64,000 nt of DNA from a virus. Shown in pieces: positions 1 to 8,280 of this stretch. The notes below the pieces were generated by a model. The model did not search any database. It saw nothing but the letters and a program-made list of their open reading frames with translations, and was not told the origin of the DNA. Numbering within the stretch: the first letter of the stretch is position 1; each line of letters opens with the position of its first letter. The stretch is taken from IMG/VR virus record IMGVR_UViG_3300024346_000022, positions 1-64,000 of that record; one strand, given 5' to 3'. The translations under genes were made by a program, and so were the position numbers.

Positions 1-252
1 GTAAATAATTCTTTTACCCTCTTCCTTTGCCCTAACAAAAGACATCTCCAATTGACGAGTTGCCTCATCAATACAATCTTGGAATACTTCATTATAAGTC
101 ATTCCAAGACGCTTTGCCTGATCTTCGATGTAATTGTCTGTGGATAAGACAACGGCATCCTTCCAGTATTCATATGACCGGAGTTTATTTACATAAGTAG
201 ATTTCCCGGAACAGGGTATTCCGCAAAGCATCACAAGTTCAGGAATAAACAT
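1..252 (-). CDS. P-loop polynucleotide kinase-like protein (AAA_33/PseT kinase-like), runs off the left edge
   Basis: Not in the ORF track. The minus strand from 252 reads MFIPELVMLCGIPCSGKSTYVNKL (Walker A GxxxSGKST) and sits just downstream of the RNA ligase and HNH genes. Confidence 0.75.
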   Translation of the reverse strand, partial: MFIPELVMLCGIPCSGKSTYVNKLRSYEYWKDAVVLSTDNYIEDQAKRLGMTYNEVFQDCIDEATRQLEMSFVRAKEEGKRIIY

Positions 253-760
253 ATTCTTTCCAGTCCAAGACATTAGAGGTGTTGATAGTCAAATGTAACT
301 TATTATAAGGTCTCTTTACCTGCTTTGTCAAGAGCATTCCCGCTTCTTCTGGTGTTCGGTTTCCTTTCTTAACATTACAAGACCCACAGGATGTAGCAAG
401 ATTTTCCCAGTTATTTTCTCCACCACGAGACGCAGGATGAATGTGATCTATTGTAAGATTTTCGGTTGCTCCGCAGTATAAACATTTGTATCCATCCCTC
501 TTCATAACTAGACTTCTGGTGGGACGATTTTCCATCAACTTCCTATAAGGCAACCGAATATAATTCAACAACCGAATGACTTTTTCGGTAATCATATGTG
601 CCTTTTCTTTAAGAAGTAGAACAATTGCCCGACGACCATCACAAATATTGATAGGACTATAATCACTATTCAGTACCAGAATATTCTGTGTGATTTTGAT
701 TTTTTGATATTGATCGTTCATAAGTTTTAGTAGTTCCAGTTTATACTGCCGAACATCCAT
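239..760 (-). CDS. HNH endonuclease (McrA-like); real start probably 721
   Basis: RDGYKCLYCG...LTIDHIHPASRGG.NNWENLATSCGSCNVKKG HNH/zinc motifs. Confidence 0.9.
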   Translation of the reverse strand: MDVRQYKLELLKLMNDQYQKIKITQNILVLNSDYSPINICDGRRAIVLLLKEKAHMITEKVIRLLNYIRLPYRKLMENRPTRSLVMKRDGYKCLYCGATENLTIDHIHPASRGGENNWENLATSCGSCNVKKGNRTPEEAGMLLTKQVKRPYNKLHLTINTSNVLDWKEYVYS

Positions 761-1893
761 CGGGCATCATCAATCTTCGGTTGCGAACCCAAAGATTTTC
801 CAATCATTTCTATCAATACCTCTTTAGAACCTTTACCACCTTTCATCGCATACATTATAGGTGCGTGAAGAGACGAAACCTTTTTCTGGACGAACTCAAC
901 AGCGAAGTCTTTCTTCTCCGGATACATTTTGTTTCCTTCCACAAAGAGTTCTGCCATCTCCAAAGCAACCTCATCCAGACCCATCCAGAATGCCCTCTCA
1001 AAGGAGCGTAGGCGGTCTGCGTCCTCTGGGGTCAGCAGAGGCACAAGGTCATCTACAGCGTCTCCCAGAAGGGTCTGGAGGACGTTCTTCTCCTGACTGA
1101 TGCTGTCTTTGGAGCGGTGGCGGAGCACATAATCATCCGCTTTCACCTTCACCATATGACCAGTATCAAAGCGAAGAACAATACCTTCACCATCATCCCA
1201 TTCACGAACTTGTTTGACGAATAGATCAATATTCTGGATGGAAAGACCATCAACTGCTTTAACCACAGGAATATTCCACGAGGTGGCATAAGACTTCATC
1301 ACCACATAAGGTAAATAAGACCCAGTATGATTATAACGCATTCCGGTGAGAATGAGATTGTCTTCGGGATAATCCACCACAATTCGGTTCTTACGGGAAA
1401 CCCACTCAAAGATAGGAGTGGTTCCTTTTTGTATGGATTTGCGAATGAAAGTATTATAGTGAGATTTATCGGCAACGAACACTTCTGCGTTCATCGCAAC
1501 ATCCGTAATACCCGCTTTGGTTGCTAATCTAAAACCTTCAGGAGTTAGGATTGGTCGTATCATAGAACCATCCAGTTTCTCCAGAACAACGTGAGGTTCA
1601 TAGAGATTGATTTTATTCAGTTGAGTTTCTTCCTTTTCTCCTACGTTGAAGAACTTATGATAAGGGCGCGAAATAAGATTGCCAGTTCCAATATCAAAGA
1701 TAAGACCACGACATTCACGACGAACCGCAGAACCAATCGGGTCATTCTCATCCCAAAGGAAAGTATCCTCAAAGGAAACCGCATAGATGATGACATTATA
1801 ACCCTCTTTTTCTAGAACACGAAACTCTTTTCTACCCTCAATATGAGGTAGAACATCGTTGATATGAGTGATGTGTGGGAAGTCGTAGTTCAT
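727..1893 (-). CDS. rnlA: RNA ligase 1 family (T4 RnlA-like)
   Basis: RECRGLIF, RPYHKFFNVGE, motif I EKLDGS, motif IV EGIVL, motif V KVKADDY. Confidence 0.88.
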   Translation of the reverse strand: MNYDFPHITHINDVLPHIEGRKEFRVLEKEGYNVIIYAVSFEDTFLWDENDPIGSAVRRECRGLIFDIGTGNLISRPYHKFFNVGEKEETQLNKINLYEPHVVLEKLDGSMIRPILTPEGFRLATKAGITDVAMNAEVFVADKSHYNTFIRKSIQKGTTPIFEWVSRKNRIVVDYPEDNLILTGMRYNHTGSYLPYVVMKSYATSWNIPVVKAVDGLSIQNIDLFVKQVREWDDGEGIVLRFDTGHMVKVKADDYVLRHRSKDSISQEKNVLQTLLGDAVDDLVPLLTPEDADRLRSFERAFWMGLDEVALEMAELFVEGNKMYPEKKDFAVEFVQKKVSSLHAPIMYAMKGGKGSKEVLIEMIGKSLGSQPKIDDARWMFGSINWNY

Positions 1894-1911
1894 CGGTACT
1901 TTTATTTCTCA

Positions 1912-1968
1912 TACTATAATACCTCTTAACAGAAAAGTCAAGAGGTAATGGACGGTTTATGAACTGGT
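1912..1968 (-). promoter_or_regulatory. Sigma70-like early promoter inside an inverted repeat, with an upstream CCAGTT..AACCGTCCA motif
   Basis: Minus strand: gaaccagttcataaaccgtccattacctcTTGACTtttctgttaagaggtattatagtat. Confidence 0.6.
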
Positions 1969-2250
1969 TCAGGACTTGATTTCTTCCATCATTTCCTTCG
2001 CCATTCTATCATACTTGCGGTTCTGTATCCAAGTAGTAATAAAGTTATTAGGATGAAATCTTATCATCCATAAAAGTCTTACCATATTTAATTTCATCAT
2101 CTTAAAGACCAATAAAAAATAATCAGCAACATTTTGGTCTATAATCATTATATACAGAGCAATTCCAAATACAAGAAGTAATCCGTAATTAAGTGAAAAC
2201 ATAGAGTTGTTTATGATGTGAGAATATTTATCAATCCCACCAAAACTCAA
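1969..2250 (-). CDS. Hypothetical membrane protein (start may be ~2202)
   Basis: Hydrophobic N-terminal segment; tightly packed ORF. Confidence 0.6.
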   Translation of the reverse strand: MSFGGIDKYSHIINNSMFSLNYGLLLVFGIALYIMIIDQNVADYFLLVFKMMKLNMVRLLWMIRFHPNNFITTWIQNRKYDRMAKEMMEEIKS

Positions 2251-2809
2251 GAGATTTTAATGCTCCAAAAAATTGATTATAATCACAGGAAATACCATAA
2301 CTCTTACCTTCCTTGAGTTCGTCTATGAAGTTTAGAATACCGGTGGTTGCGGGATTATGTTGAACGTATTCGTGAAATCTAAACACATCAAACTTCTCAT
2401 TATAAGAAAGAAAGGAACAATAATTGTCGGTGTATCCGGTCACAAATAAACTACTTCGGTCAATACCAGAATTGTTTATAGTGTTCCATTTATAGGTGGG
2501 TTCTCCATTATATTCACCACATTCTTCACTAAAGTCGTGTTCCAGTCCATCAATATACTCTTCGTATTTTTCTGGGTCAATACAGAATTTAGTTTCTTTC
2601 CATTTTTTGGTTTCGTCCAGACATATTCCCCTGAAATCACCGGATGCCCTGAAGACAAGATTTAGAATATAATATTGCCAATCCTCAAATTCATTCTCAT
2701 TATCTTCTTCAAGAATACCAAGTTTCTCCGCAAACTTTTCCCCCGACGCCCATTTAGAACGATAGGAGTGATGTAGTATCTCAAATTGGCGGTCTTCTTT
2801 CTCATTCAT
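2231..2809 (-). CDS. Hypothetical protein
   Basis: 192-aa ORF in an operon-like run. Confidence 0.65.
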   Translation of the reverse strand: MNEKEDRQFEILHHSYRSKWASGEKFAEKLGILEEDNENEFEDWQYYILNLVFRASGDFRGICLDETKKWKETKFCIDPEKYEEYIDGLEHDFSEECGEYNGEPTYKWNTINNSGIDRSSLFVTGYTDNYCSFLSYNEKFDVFRFHEYVQHNPATTGILNFIDELKEGKSYGISCDYNQFFGALKSLEFWWD

Positions 2810-2978
2810 TTGTGTTTTCTCTCATCAGTATAAGTTTTCCCCAAATTAAATCATAATAATTTTGACTATCAATATCGTGTTCGTATACCTCATTTAGTTT
2901 AATTTTTGATTTAACCAAACTAATCAAGTCATCAATTTCTTGTTTGGTTAAGTTCTCAAATACTGGGTCGGTTGTCAT
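2802..2978 (-). CDS. Small hypothetical protein (58 aa, MTTDPVFENLTKQEIDD...)
   Basis: Fills the gap exactly, with start and stop coupled to both neighbours; below the ORF-track cutoff. Confidence 0.6.
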   Translation of the reverse strand: MTTDPVFENLTKQEIDDLISLVKSKIKLNEVYEHDIDSQNYYDLIWGKLILMRENTNE

Positions 2979-3308
2979 TTAATCTCTCCTAAGCCAACTT
3001 CCCGTTTCATCATCAGTATCCTCCCTTTTAAAAAAATCCACGATTTCATCAACATCACCAAAATGAGATTTATGATTACTGGGATCCGGGTCTCCCAAAT
3101 CCAATTGATTGAGGAAATCGTCCATATCACCTTCTACCATATTTGGGTTCTGTGATTTTCTTCGTGCCTGCCTCAAAATTTTAGCAGCAGAAGCATTATG
3201 AGCAGAAAGTTTTTCGCACCATATCATTTCGTTTAATTCTACTGCCTCTCCATTCACAATCTTATGGCAAACATTTTCAAGACGAATTCGGTAGTTTGTA
3301 CTTAACAT
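2979..3308 (-). CDS. Conserved cyanophage hypothetical protein
   Basis: MLSTNYRIRLE... N-terminus typical of cyanomyovirus ORFs; late-promoter-like ATAAATA upstream. Confidence 0.7.
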   Translation of the reverse strand: MLSTNYRIRLENVCHKIVNGEAVELNEMIWCEKLSAHNASAAKILRQARRKSQNPNMVEGDMDDFLNQLDLGDPDPSNHKSHFGDVDEIVDFFKREDTDDETGSWLRRD

Positions 3309-3343
3309 TTGATTACGATAACGAGAATGGATATTGAGAGTAT

Positions 3344-3547
3344 TTATTGCCCAAATCCTTTTGATTTAATCTTTGGTTTATCCAAAACTTCAAAGTATTT
3401 TAAGTAATCGGGAACCTGATTAAGAGAGAACCAGTGTGCCTGTGCGTTCTCATAATCATCAAAATCTATCGTTCTTTCATCACAAAGATGAAGACGATAG
3501 ATATGACGATTATAAGGTTTATGAGATGTTTGAGAGAAGATTTCCAT
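3344..3547 (-). CDS. Hypothetical protein
   Basis: Coupled ORF with a KGFG C-terminus, common in cyanophage small proteins. Confidence 0.6.
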   Translation of the reverse strand: MEIFSQTSHKPYNRHIYRLHLCDERTIDFDDYENAQAHWFSLNQVPDYLKYFEVLDKPKIKSKGFGQ

Positions 3548-3750
3548 TACTCAATCCCATCAAACTGACGAATGTATGCGACACACTTCTTCCACTTCTC
3601 AAATTCCTTATCGCTAAAGTTGTCACTTGCGTATGGGATATTCACAATAGAAGCGCAAACACGATTTACATTTACGCGAATCATCATATCATTCGCAAAT
3701 GCCGGAGATGAGAAAGGAAGAATGGCAAGTAGTGGAATGAGTTTCTTCAT
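3547..3750 (-). CDS. Small protein with signal peptide
   Basis: MKKLIPLLAILPFSSPAFA signal-peptide-like N-terminus; two Cys. Confidence 0.6.
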   Translation of the reverse strand: MKKLIPLLAILPFSSPAFANDMMIRVNVNRVCASIVNIPYASDNFSDKEFEKWKKCVAYIRQFDGIE

Positions 3751-3995
3751 AGATATTCTTCAAGAGTAGAAGATGACTTACGGTTTCGTGGAGTTTGTTT
3801 TACTTTTTTGAGGATGTATTCTTTTGCGAGATGAAAGGAACTTGAGGTATGAACCTGTTCCCCATTACAAATGATTACATACTTGTTTTTGCCCCAAGGA
3901 ACGGCAGCCCATTTTCCATCGCTGGTGACATATCCTTCCGGATGAGGTTCTTCGGCATTAAGAATGCGAATGTTTGGTATATTAGGAGTCAGCAT
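3747..3995 (-). CDS. Hypothetical protein
   Basis: Coupled ORF. Confidence 0.6.
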   Translation of the reverse strand: MLTPNIPNIRILNAEEPHPEGYVTSDGKWAAVPWGKNKYVIICNGEQVHTSSSFHLAKEYILKKVKQTPRNRKSSSTLEEYL

Positions 3996-4123
3996 GTGAC
4001 ATTCACAACCCTGGCGTTAGGATTCCGTGCCAAAATAACTCTCTGTGCCTCAGCGGGATTGTTAGCATAGACTTCTTCTGTTTGGCGTTGATTGCCAGCG
4101 ATAAAAATGACCCGATACTTCAT
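3989..4123 (-). CDS. Small early protein (44 aa, MKYRVIFIAGNQRQTEEVYANNPAEAQ...ARNPNARV)
   Basis: Good RBS (GAGGA) and an early promoter directly upstream; not in the ORF track. Confidence 0.65.
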   Translation of the reverse strand: MKYRVIFIAGNQRQTEEVYANNPAEAQRVILARNPNARVVNVTC

Positions 4124-4149
4124 TTGAGTTTCCTCTTTTGGTTACTTGT

Positions 4150-4209
4150 GTATTATAGTAGAAAAGGAGTCCTTTGGGAACCCCCTGTGTGCCAGTTATG
4201 AAAGTGGTC
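4150..4209 (-). promoter_or_regulatory. Early promoter with CCACTT-n4-AACTGGCAC upstream motif
   Basis: Minus strand: gaccactttcataactggcacacagggggttcccaaaggactccttttctacTATAAT. Confidence 0.6.
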
Positions 4210-4210
4210 T

Positions 4211-4861
4211 TCAGGTAGTATTTTTTCTTTTATTTTTATGATAATTCTCCCGCCTTCTTGCTCTTTCATTTTCAATATTTAAAAGATATTTTTCTCTTTT
4301 TTCTTCCCTCAATCTTTCTATATTTCGTTGATAATATGCTTTTGAGGATTCATTTTGCTTCACACGTTTTTCTTCATCACTCATACCCGTTCCAGCATTC
4401 CATTGCCTGCGACCATTTGCAAATTCATTTTTTAATCTCTCACTTATCTTTTTTTTACTTTCATCACTGAATTTTTGCGCTCCCTTCTTTCCTTTATTCC
4501 AAGGTTCCCTACCTTTAACCTTTTCTTTTATTTTTTCTTTTGTTTCTTCACTACATACAATTCCTTTATTCCAAGGAACAATGCCCGTAGTGTCAAACTT
4601 TGATGAAGTTTGTTTTGATTTATTTGTAAAGTGCTTATTATGGGAAACATTATAAAAATTATGAAGTATGACTTCATCGGTTATCGCATCTTCCCGACTA
4701 CGATAATCATCCTTTATTATAATTTTTAAAGAAGGATTAAATGATTTATCGGCATATGACCCAAAATATTTAATATCTTCTTCGGGCAAACATTTACAAC
4801 TTCTACTACCAATATACCCACGACCCCAAGGTTCATATGAGTAATATGTGTAATGATACAT
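4211..4861 (-). CDS. Free-standing GIY-YIG-like (Seg-like) homing endonuclease with NUMOD3 repeats
   Basis: MYHYTYYSYEPWGRGYIGSRSC...YFGS..D...E..LH; PWNKG/SEETKEKI NUMOD3-like repeats. A TATAAATA late promoter at 4885-4892 supports a start at 4861 rather than 4918. Confidence 0.8.
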   Translation of the reverse strand: MYHYTYYSYEPWGRGYIGSRSCKCLPEEDIKYFGSYADKSFNPSLKIIIKDDYRSREDAITDEVILHNFYNVSHNKHFTNKSKQTSSKFDTTGIVPWNKGIVCSEETKEKIKEKVKGREPWNKGKKGAQKFSDESKKKISERLKNEFANGRRQWNAGTGMSDEEKRVKQNESSKAYYQRNIERLREEKREKYLLNIENERARRRENYHKNKRKNTT

Positions 4862-4865
4862 TTTC

Positions 4866-4952
4866 GTCTTGGCGTGACTATTACTATTTATAATAGAATA
4901 GGTGTGGGACTTACGCAACTACAATCCGCCAAGACACAAGTTGCCGCCCACC
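4866..4952 (-). promoter_or_regulatory. Structured leader with T4-type late promoter upstream of the endonuclease
   Basis: TATAAATA at 4885-4892. 9-bp complementarity between 4866-4874 and 4927-4935, the latter in the loop of a stem (4915-4920/4939-4944; 4904-4908/4947-4951). Confidence 0.65.
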
Positions 4953-4955
4953 ATA

Positions 4956-6233
4956 TTATCTATTAATTGTTGAGATGGCAACGTCCCCCTTCTGGAAGAT
5001 AATATCCACCACACTCTGGACCTTCTGTGCGGTGCCCTTGGATACCTTGTCAAAGGTCGGGCAAATCACCAGACCATAGGATTTGGTGTAGGTCTCCAGA
5101 GCACCTGCCTGAAGGGCACCAGAGCGGATACCAGCGGCATCTTGGGGGTGGAGACGCAGGGTGCGACCCACAGTCTGCCCGATACCTACAATATCCATAG
5201 AGCGCATGAAGACCACCGCTTCCAGAGCAGAAATGTTGATACCTTCTGCGAGAATGCTGTGATGAAGAACCACAAACTTCTTGTCGGCGTTCTTGCCCCA
5301 TTCGTTAAGAACATCAAAGAACACCTCACGATTGACTTTATGACCGTCAATAAAGGCGCCGTGCTTTGCGGTGATGTGAAGAATAGAATATCCTTCCTGT
5401 GCTAGTTGTTCGGCAAAGTCAGTTTGAGAAAGCAGACCAATAATGTGCTTGGTCGCTTTAGCGCAAATCAGGATTTTATTGACAGGATTATCCTGAATGG
5501 TTTGGAGCAGATACTCACAATCCCGTTGGGCGATGTCCTCTCCCTTGACAGAGAGACGCATTTGAGAAGCAATCACTTTAGGAGGAATGATATAACCGTT
5601 CCGTACCAATTCTGGAGCAGGAACCTTGGCGATGATTTGACCGTAGATATCAAAGTCATTCATACCGGGTTTGCCGATTACGTTGCTATACTTTGGAGTG
5701 GCGGAGAAGAAGAAGCAACGTTGTGCTTCTGCGCTAAAATACTCTACCGCAGGGAAGAAATCACGACGCACAGAATTGTGTGCCTCGTCGAAGTAAATGG
5801 TATCTACGGAGATATCTGCCCGCTGAAGTTGATGAAGAGAGTTGTAGGTGGTGAAGATAAGTTTGTGACCCGAAATGTTCTCGTGCCAAGCGCGGATTAT
5901 GTTGGGTTTGGTAGAAGAATAGTGATGCGTCTCTCCCGTGTGAATATGAAGCACAGAAGCGTTGGTGATAAACTCCAGATACTCGCTGGAGAGTTGTTCT
6001 GCCAGAAGAATGCGGGGAGAAACAACAACAATTGTCTTTGGGATGTTAGACTGGAATTGACGAACGGCATCAAAGATACCCACGTTAGTTTTTCCCCCGC
6101 CGGTTGGAAATACGCAGATACCTTTAGAATGCTGTGAGAGAGCATCCAGAGCAGTTTGTTGGTGAGGACGGAGTTGGATCACGGGTCTCATTTCGTATGA
6201 ATACATAATACCCCCTCTGCGGGGAAACCACAA
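4956..6233 (-). CDS. Superfamily 2 DEAH helicase (ResIII-like); real start probably ~6191/6182
   Basis: LRPHQ Q-motif, PTGGGKT Walker A, FDEAH, SATP, EGINI, QTVGRTLR. Confidence 0.88.
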   Translation of the reverse strand: MWFPRRGGIMYSYEMRPVIQLRPHQQTALDALSQHSKGICVFPTGGGKTNVGIFDAVRQFQSNIPKTIVVVSPRILLAEQLSSEYLEFITNASVLHIHTGETHHYSSTKPNIIRAWHENISGHKLIFTTYNSLHQLQRADISVDTIYFDEAHNSVRRDFFPAVEYFSAEAQRCFFFSATPKYSNVIGKPGMNDFDIYGQIIAKVPAPELVRNGYIIPPKVIASQMRLSVKGEDIAQRDCEYLLQTIQDNPVNKILICAKATKHIIGLLSQTDFAEQLAQEGYSILHITAKHGAFIDGHKVNREVFFDVLNEWGKNADKKFVVLHHSILAEGINISALEAVVFMRSMDIVGIGQTVGRTLRLHPQDAAGIRSGALQAGALETYTKSYGLVICPTFDKVSKGTAQKVQSVVDIIFQKGDVAISTINR

Positions 6234-6263
6234 GAGGGGGTTGTGCCAGTTCCTTGAGTGTCC
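6201..6263 (-). promoter_or_regulatory. Early promoter region with AACTGGCAC motif and inverted repeat
   Basis: Minus strand: ggacactcaaggaactggcacaaccccctcttgtggtttccccgcagagggggtattatgtat. Confidence 0.5.
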
Positions 6264-6316
6264 TTAAGGGCTTAGAGTCTCATCTTCAACGGGGACAAAG
6301 GTAGTCTACAGGGTTT

Positions 6317-8257
6317 TTAGAATAATGTCAAGCTTGTGGATCCAACTCCAGTAACGGTAAATGTTAATATATTTCCGGATACTGTAATCTTGACGGGATT
6401 AGTAACTCCAATACCACTTGTAAATCCATTTTGGGATGTTGTGACACCAGTAATACGAGCATCTCCAACGACATGAAGTTTTGATGTTGGATTTGTGGTT
6501 CCTATACCAATATTTCCATTAAACTCACTATTTCCGACCACATAAAGATTGGTGTTATCATTTACAATAGTTGTGGTTCCAATACCAACAGAAGATACTA
6601 TAATATCAGGCGATCCAGTAAGGTTGTATGCTCCATAAGCAGTTGTTGCTGTCCCAGTTACATTTCCGGTCACATTTCCAGTTAGAGGACCAACAAAACC
6701 TAAAGTAGAAGTTATAATACCAGTATTATTGATGTTCGCACTTGTTATACTTGCTGACTGAATATTTCCAGAAGCCCTGATACTAGATTTAGTGATTGAA
6801 ACTCCTTCGCCAAATACTGGGTCTCCGCCAACAAAGAACTCATAAGAATTACTTGAAATAGTACTCGTAGAAATACCCAATCTAGAAAGAGTTGTAATTC
6901 CAAGATTTCCAATTAAAGAACCATTAAATGTTATATTTCCATTAACATACAAACTTTGATTAACATCCAGATTATTATTAATTGTTGCAATTCCAGTAAT
7001 ATAAGATGTTCCCACAACATAAAGTTTTGATGATGGGTTAGTAATACCTAATCCTAGATTTCCACCATAAGTGAGAGACATTAATGGACTTGATGAACTT
7101 TGTCCATAAATCCAATTAAAATCACCGGTTCCTAATCCTGCCGAACCATAATCAAGATAATGGTTGACATTTTCGGCATTAGAATTTATAATGTCAAGAG
7201 AATTTCTAGTACTATATGGGTATAAATTATCGGCATTTCCTGTTCTTATTTCTGCACTTCTTCCAATACCGATACTTGCAACATTATTACTACTAATTAC
7301 TCTGATTGATGAAATACCAGTCTTATTAACTTCTATGTCTGCTTCTGGTGCCGTGGCAGTTCCTACTTTAATTTTACCAGTGACATAAAGAGTATCTGTT
7401 ACTGTTGCAATTCCTGTTGAGGTAAATCCACTATTTACAGAAGTAATTGATATTCTTGCCGAAGAAGGAAGTGTTAGTGCCGTTGATGCTATTCCGGTTA
7501 CATTTCCGGTAAGATTTCCAATTAAAGGTCCACTAAATGAGGTTGCAGTAACAATACCACCACTAATTGTGACACCGGTTCCTACTTTAAGTGTGGAGAA
7601 AGTTGAAATGCCGGTTGAGTTTATGTCTCCACTTACATTTCCAATAAAACTATTAGAACTTACTATACCATCAGTAATTGTAACCCCAGTTCCTACTTCA
7701 ATTGTAGTGAATGTAGAAATGCCAGTTGAGTATATGTCTCCTATTACACTTCCGGTTAAAATTCCAGAAAAACTTGGAGAAGTTATAATTCCAGTTGTAT
7801 TTACATTTCCGGTGATGGCATCGACCGAAAATCCATTTCCGGTAAGAGGATTTTGTCCGACTTGTAAGGAGTGATATGGAAGTGTGGTTCCTATACCAAC
7901 TTTAGATGTGGTAGAAATATTTCCGGCATTAACAATCCATCCACCAACAGCAATTCCAATAACTCCGGTCATATTAGTAGCATCACCATAAAATGCCGTG
8001 GCACTTACGATTCCTGTAGAGGCATAAAGAGCAATGCCTGAACTAATTTTTACATCACTATAAAAAGTAGAAACTCCGGTGATTGTCAGATTAGTTGCCG
8101 TGACTAGTCCGGTAACCTTTGCGGTTCCGTGAACGTCCAGAAACTCTCTGGGAATTGAGGTTCCAATTCCAACCAGACCATTGGCATTTACAATAAAGTT
8201 GTCATCATCGACCTGAACTCCATTCCTAAAATTAAATGACTTTCTAATATTTGCCAT
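6317..8257 (-). CDS. Virion structural / tail fibre-like protein
   Basis: G/T/S/I-rich with VGIGT and GNVTG repeats; late promoter ATAAATA at ~8278-8284. Confidence 0.75.
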   Translation of the reverse strand: MANIRKSFNFRNGVQVDDDNFIVNANGLVGIGTSIPREFLDVHGTAKVTGLVTATNLTITGVSTFYSDVKISSGIALYASTGIVSATAFYGDATNMTGVIGIAVGGWIVNAGNISTTSKVGIGTTLPYHSLQVGQNPLTGNGFSVDAITGNVNTTGIITSPSFSGILTGSVIGDIYSTGISTFTTIEVGTGVTITDGIVSSNSFIGNVSGDINSTGISTFSTLKVGTGVTISGGIVTATSFSGPLIGNLTGNVTGIASTALTLPSSARISITSVNSGFTSTGIATVTDTLYVTGKIKVGTATAPEADIEVNKTGISSIRVISSNNVASIGIGRSAEIRTGNADNLYPYSTRNSLDIINSNAENVNHYLDYGSAGLGTGDFNWIYGQSSSSPLMSLTYGGNLGLGITNPSSKLYVVGTSYITGIATINNNLDVNQSLYVNGNITFNGSLIGNLGITTLSRLGISTSTISSNSYEFFVGGDPVFGEGVSITKSSIRASGNIQSASITSANINNTGIITSTLGFVGPLTGNVTGNVTGTATTAYGAYNLTGSPDIIVSSVGIGTTTIVNDNTNLYVVGNSEFNGNIGIGTTNPTSKLHVVGDARITGVTTSQNGFTSGIGVTNPVKITVSGNILTFTVTGVGSTSLTLF

Positions 8258-8280
8258 CTTCTGGGTACATTTTTAGTTAT

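Noticed and set aside
4862-4918. N-terminal extension of the endonuclease ORF
   Set aside because: It overlaps the late promoter and structured leader; the paralogue alignment starts at 4861.
5406-6137. 243-aa plus-strand ORF
   Set aside because: Antisense shadow of the helicase gene, with no motifs.
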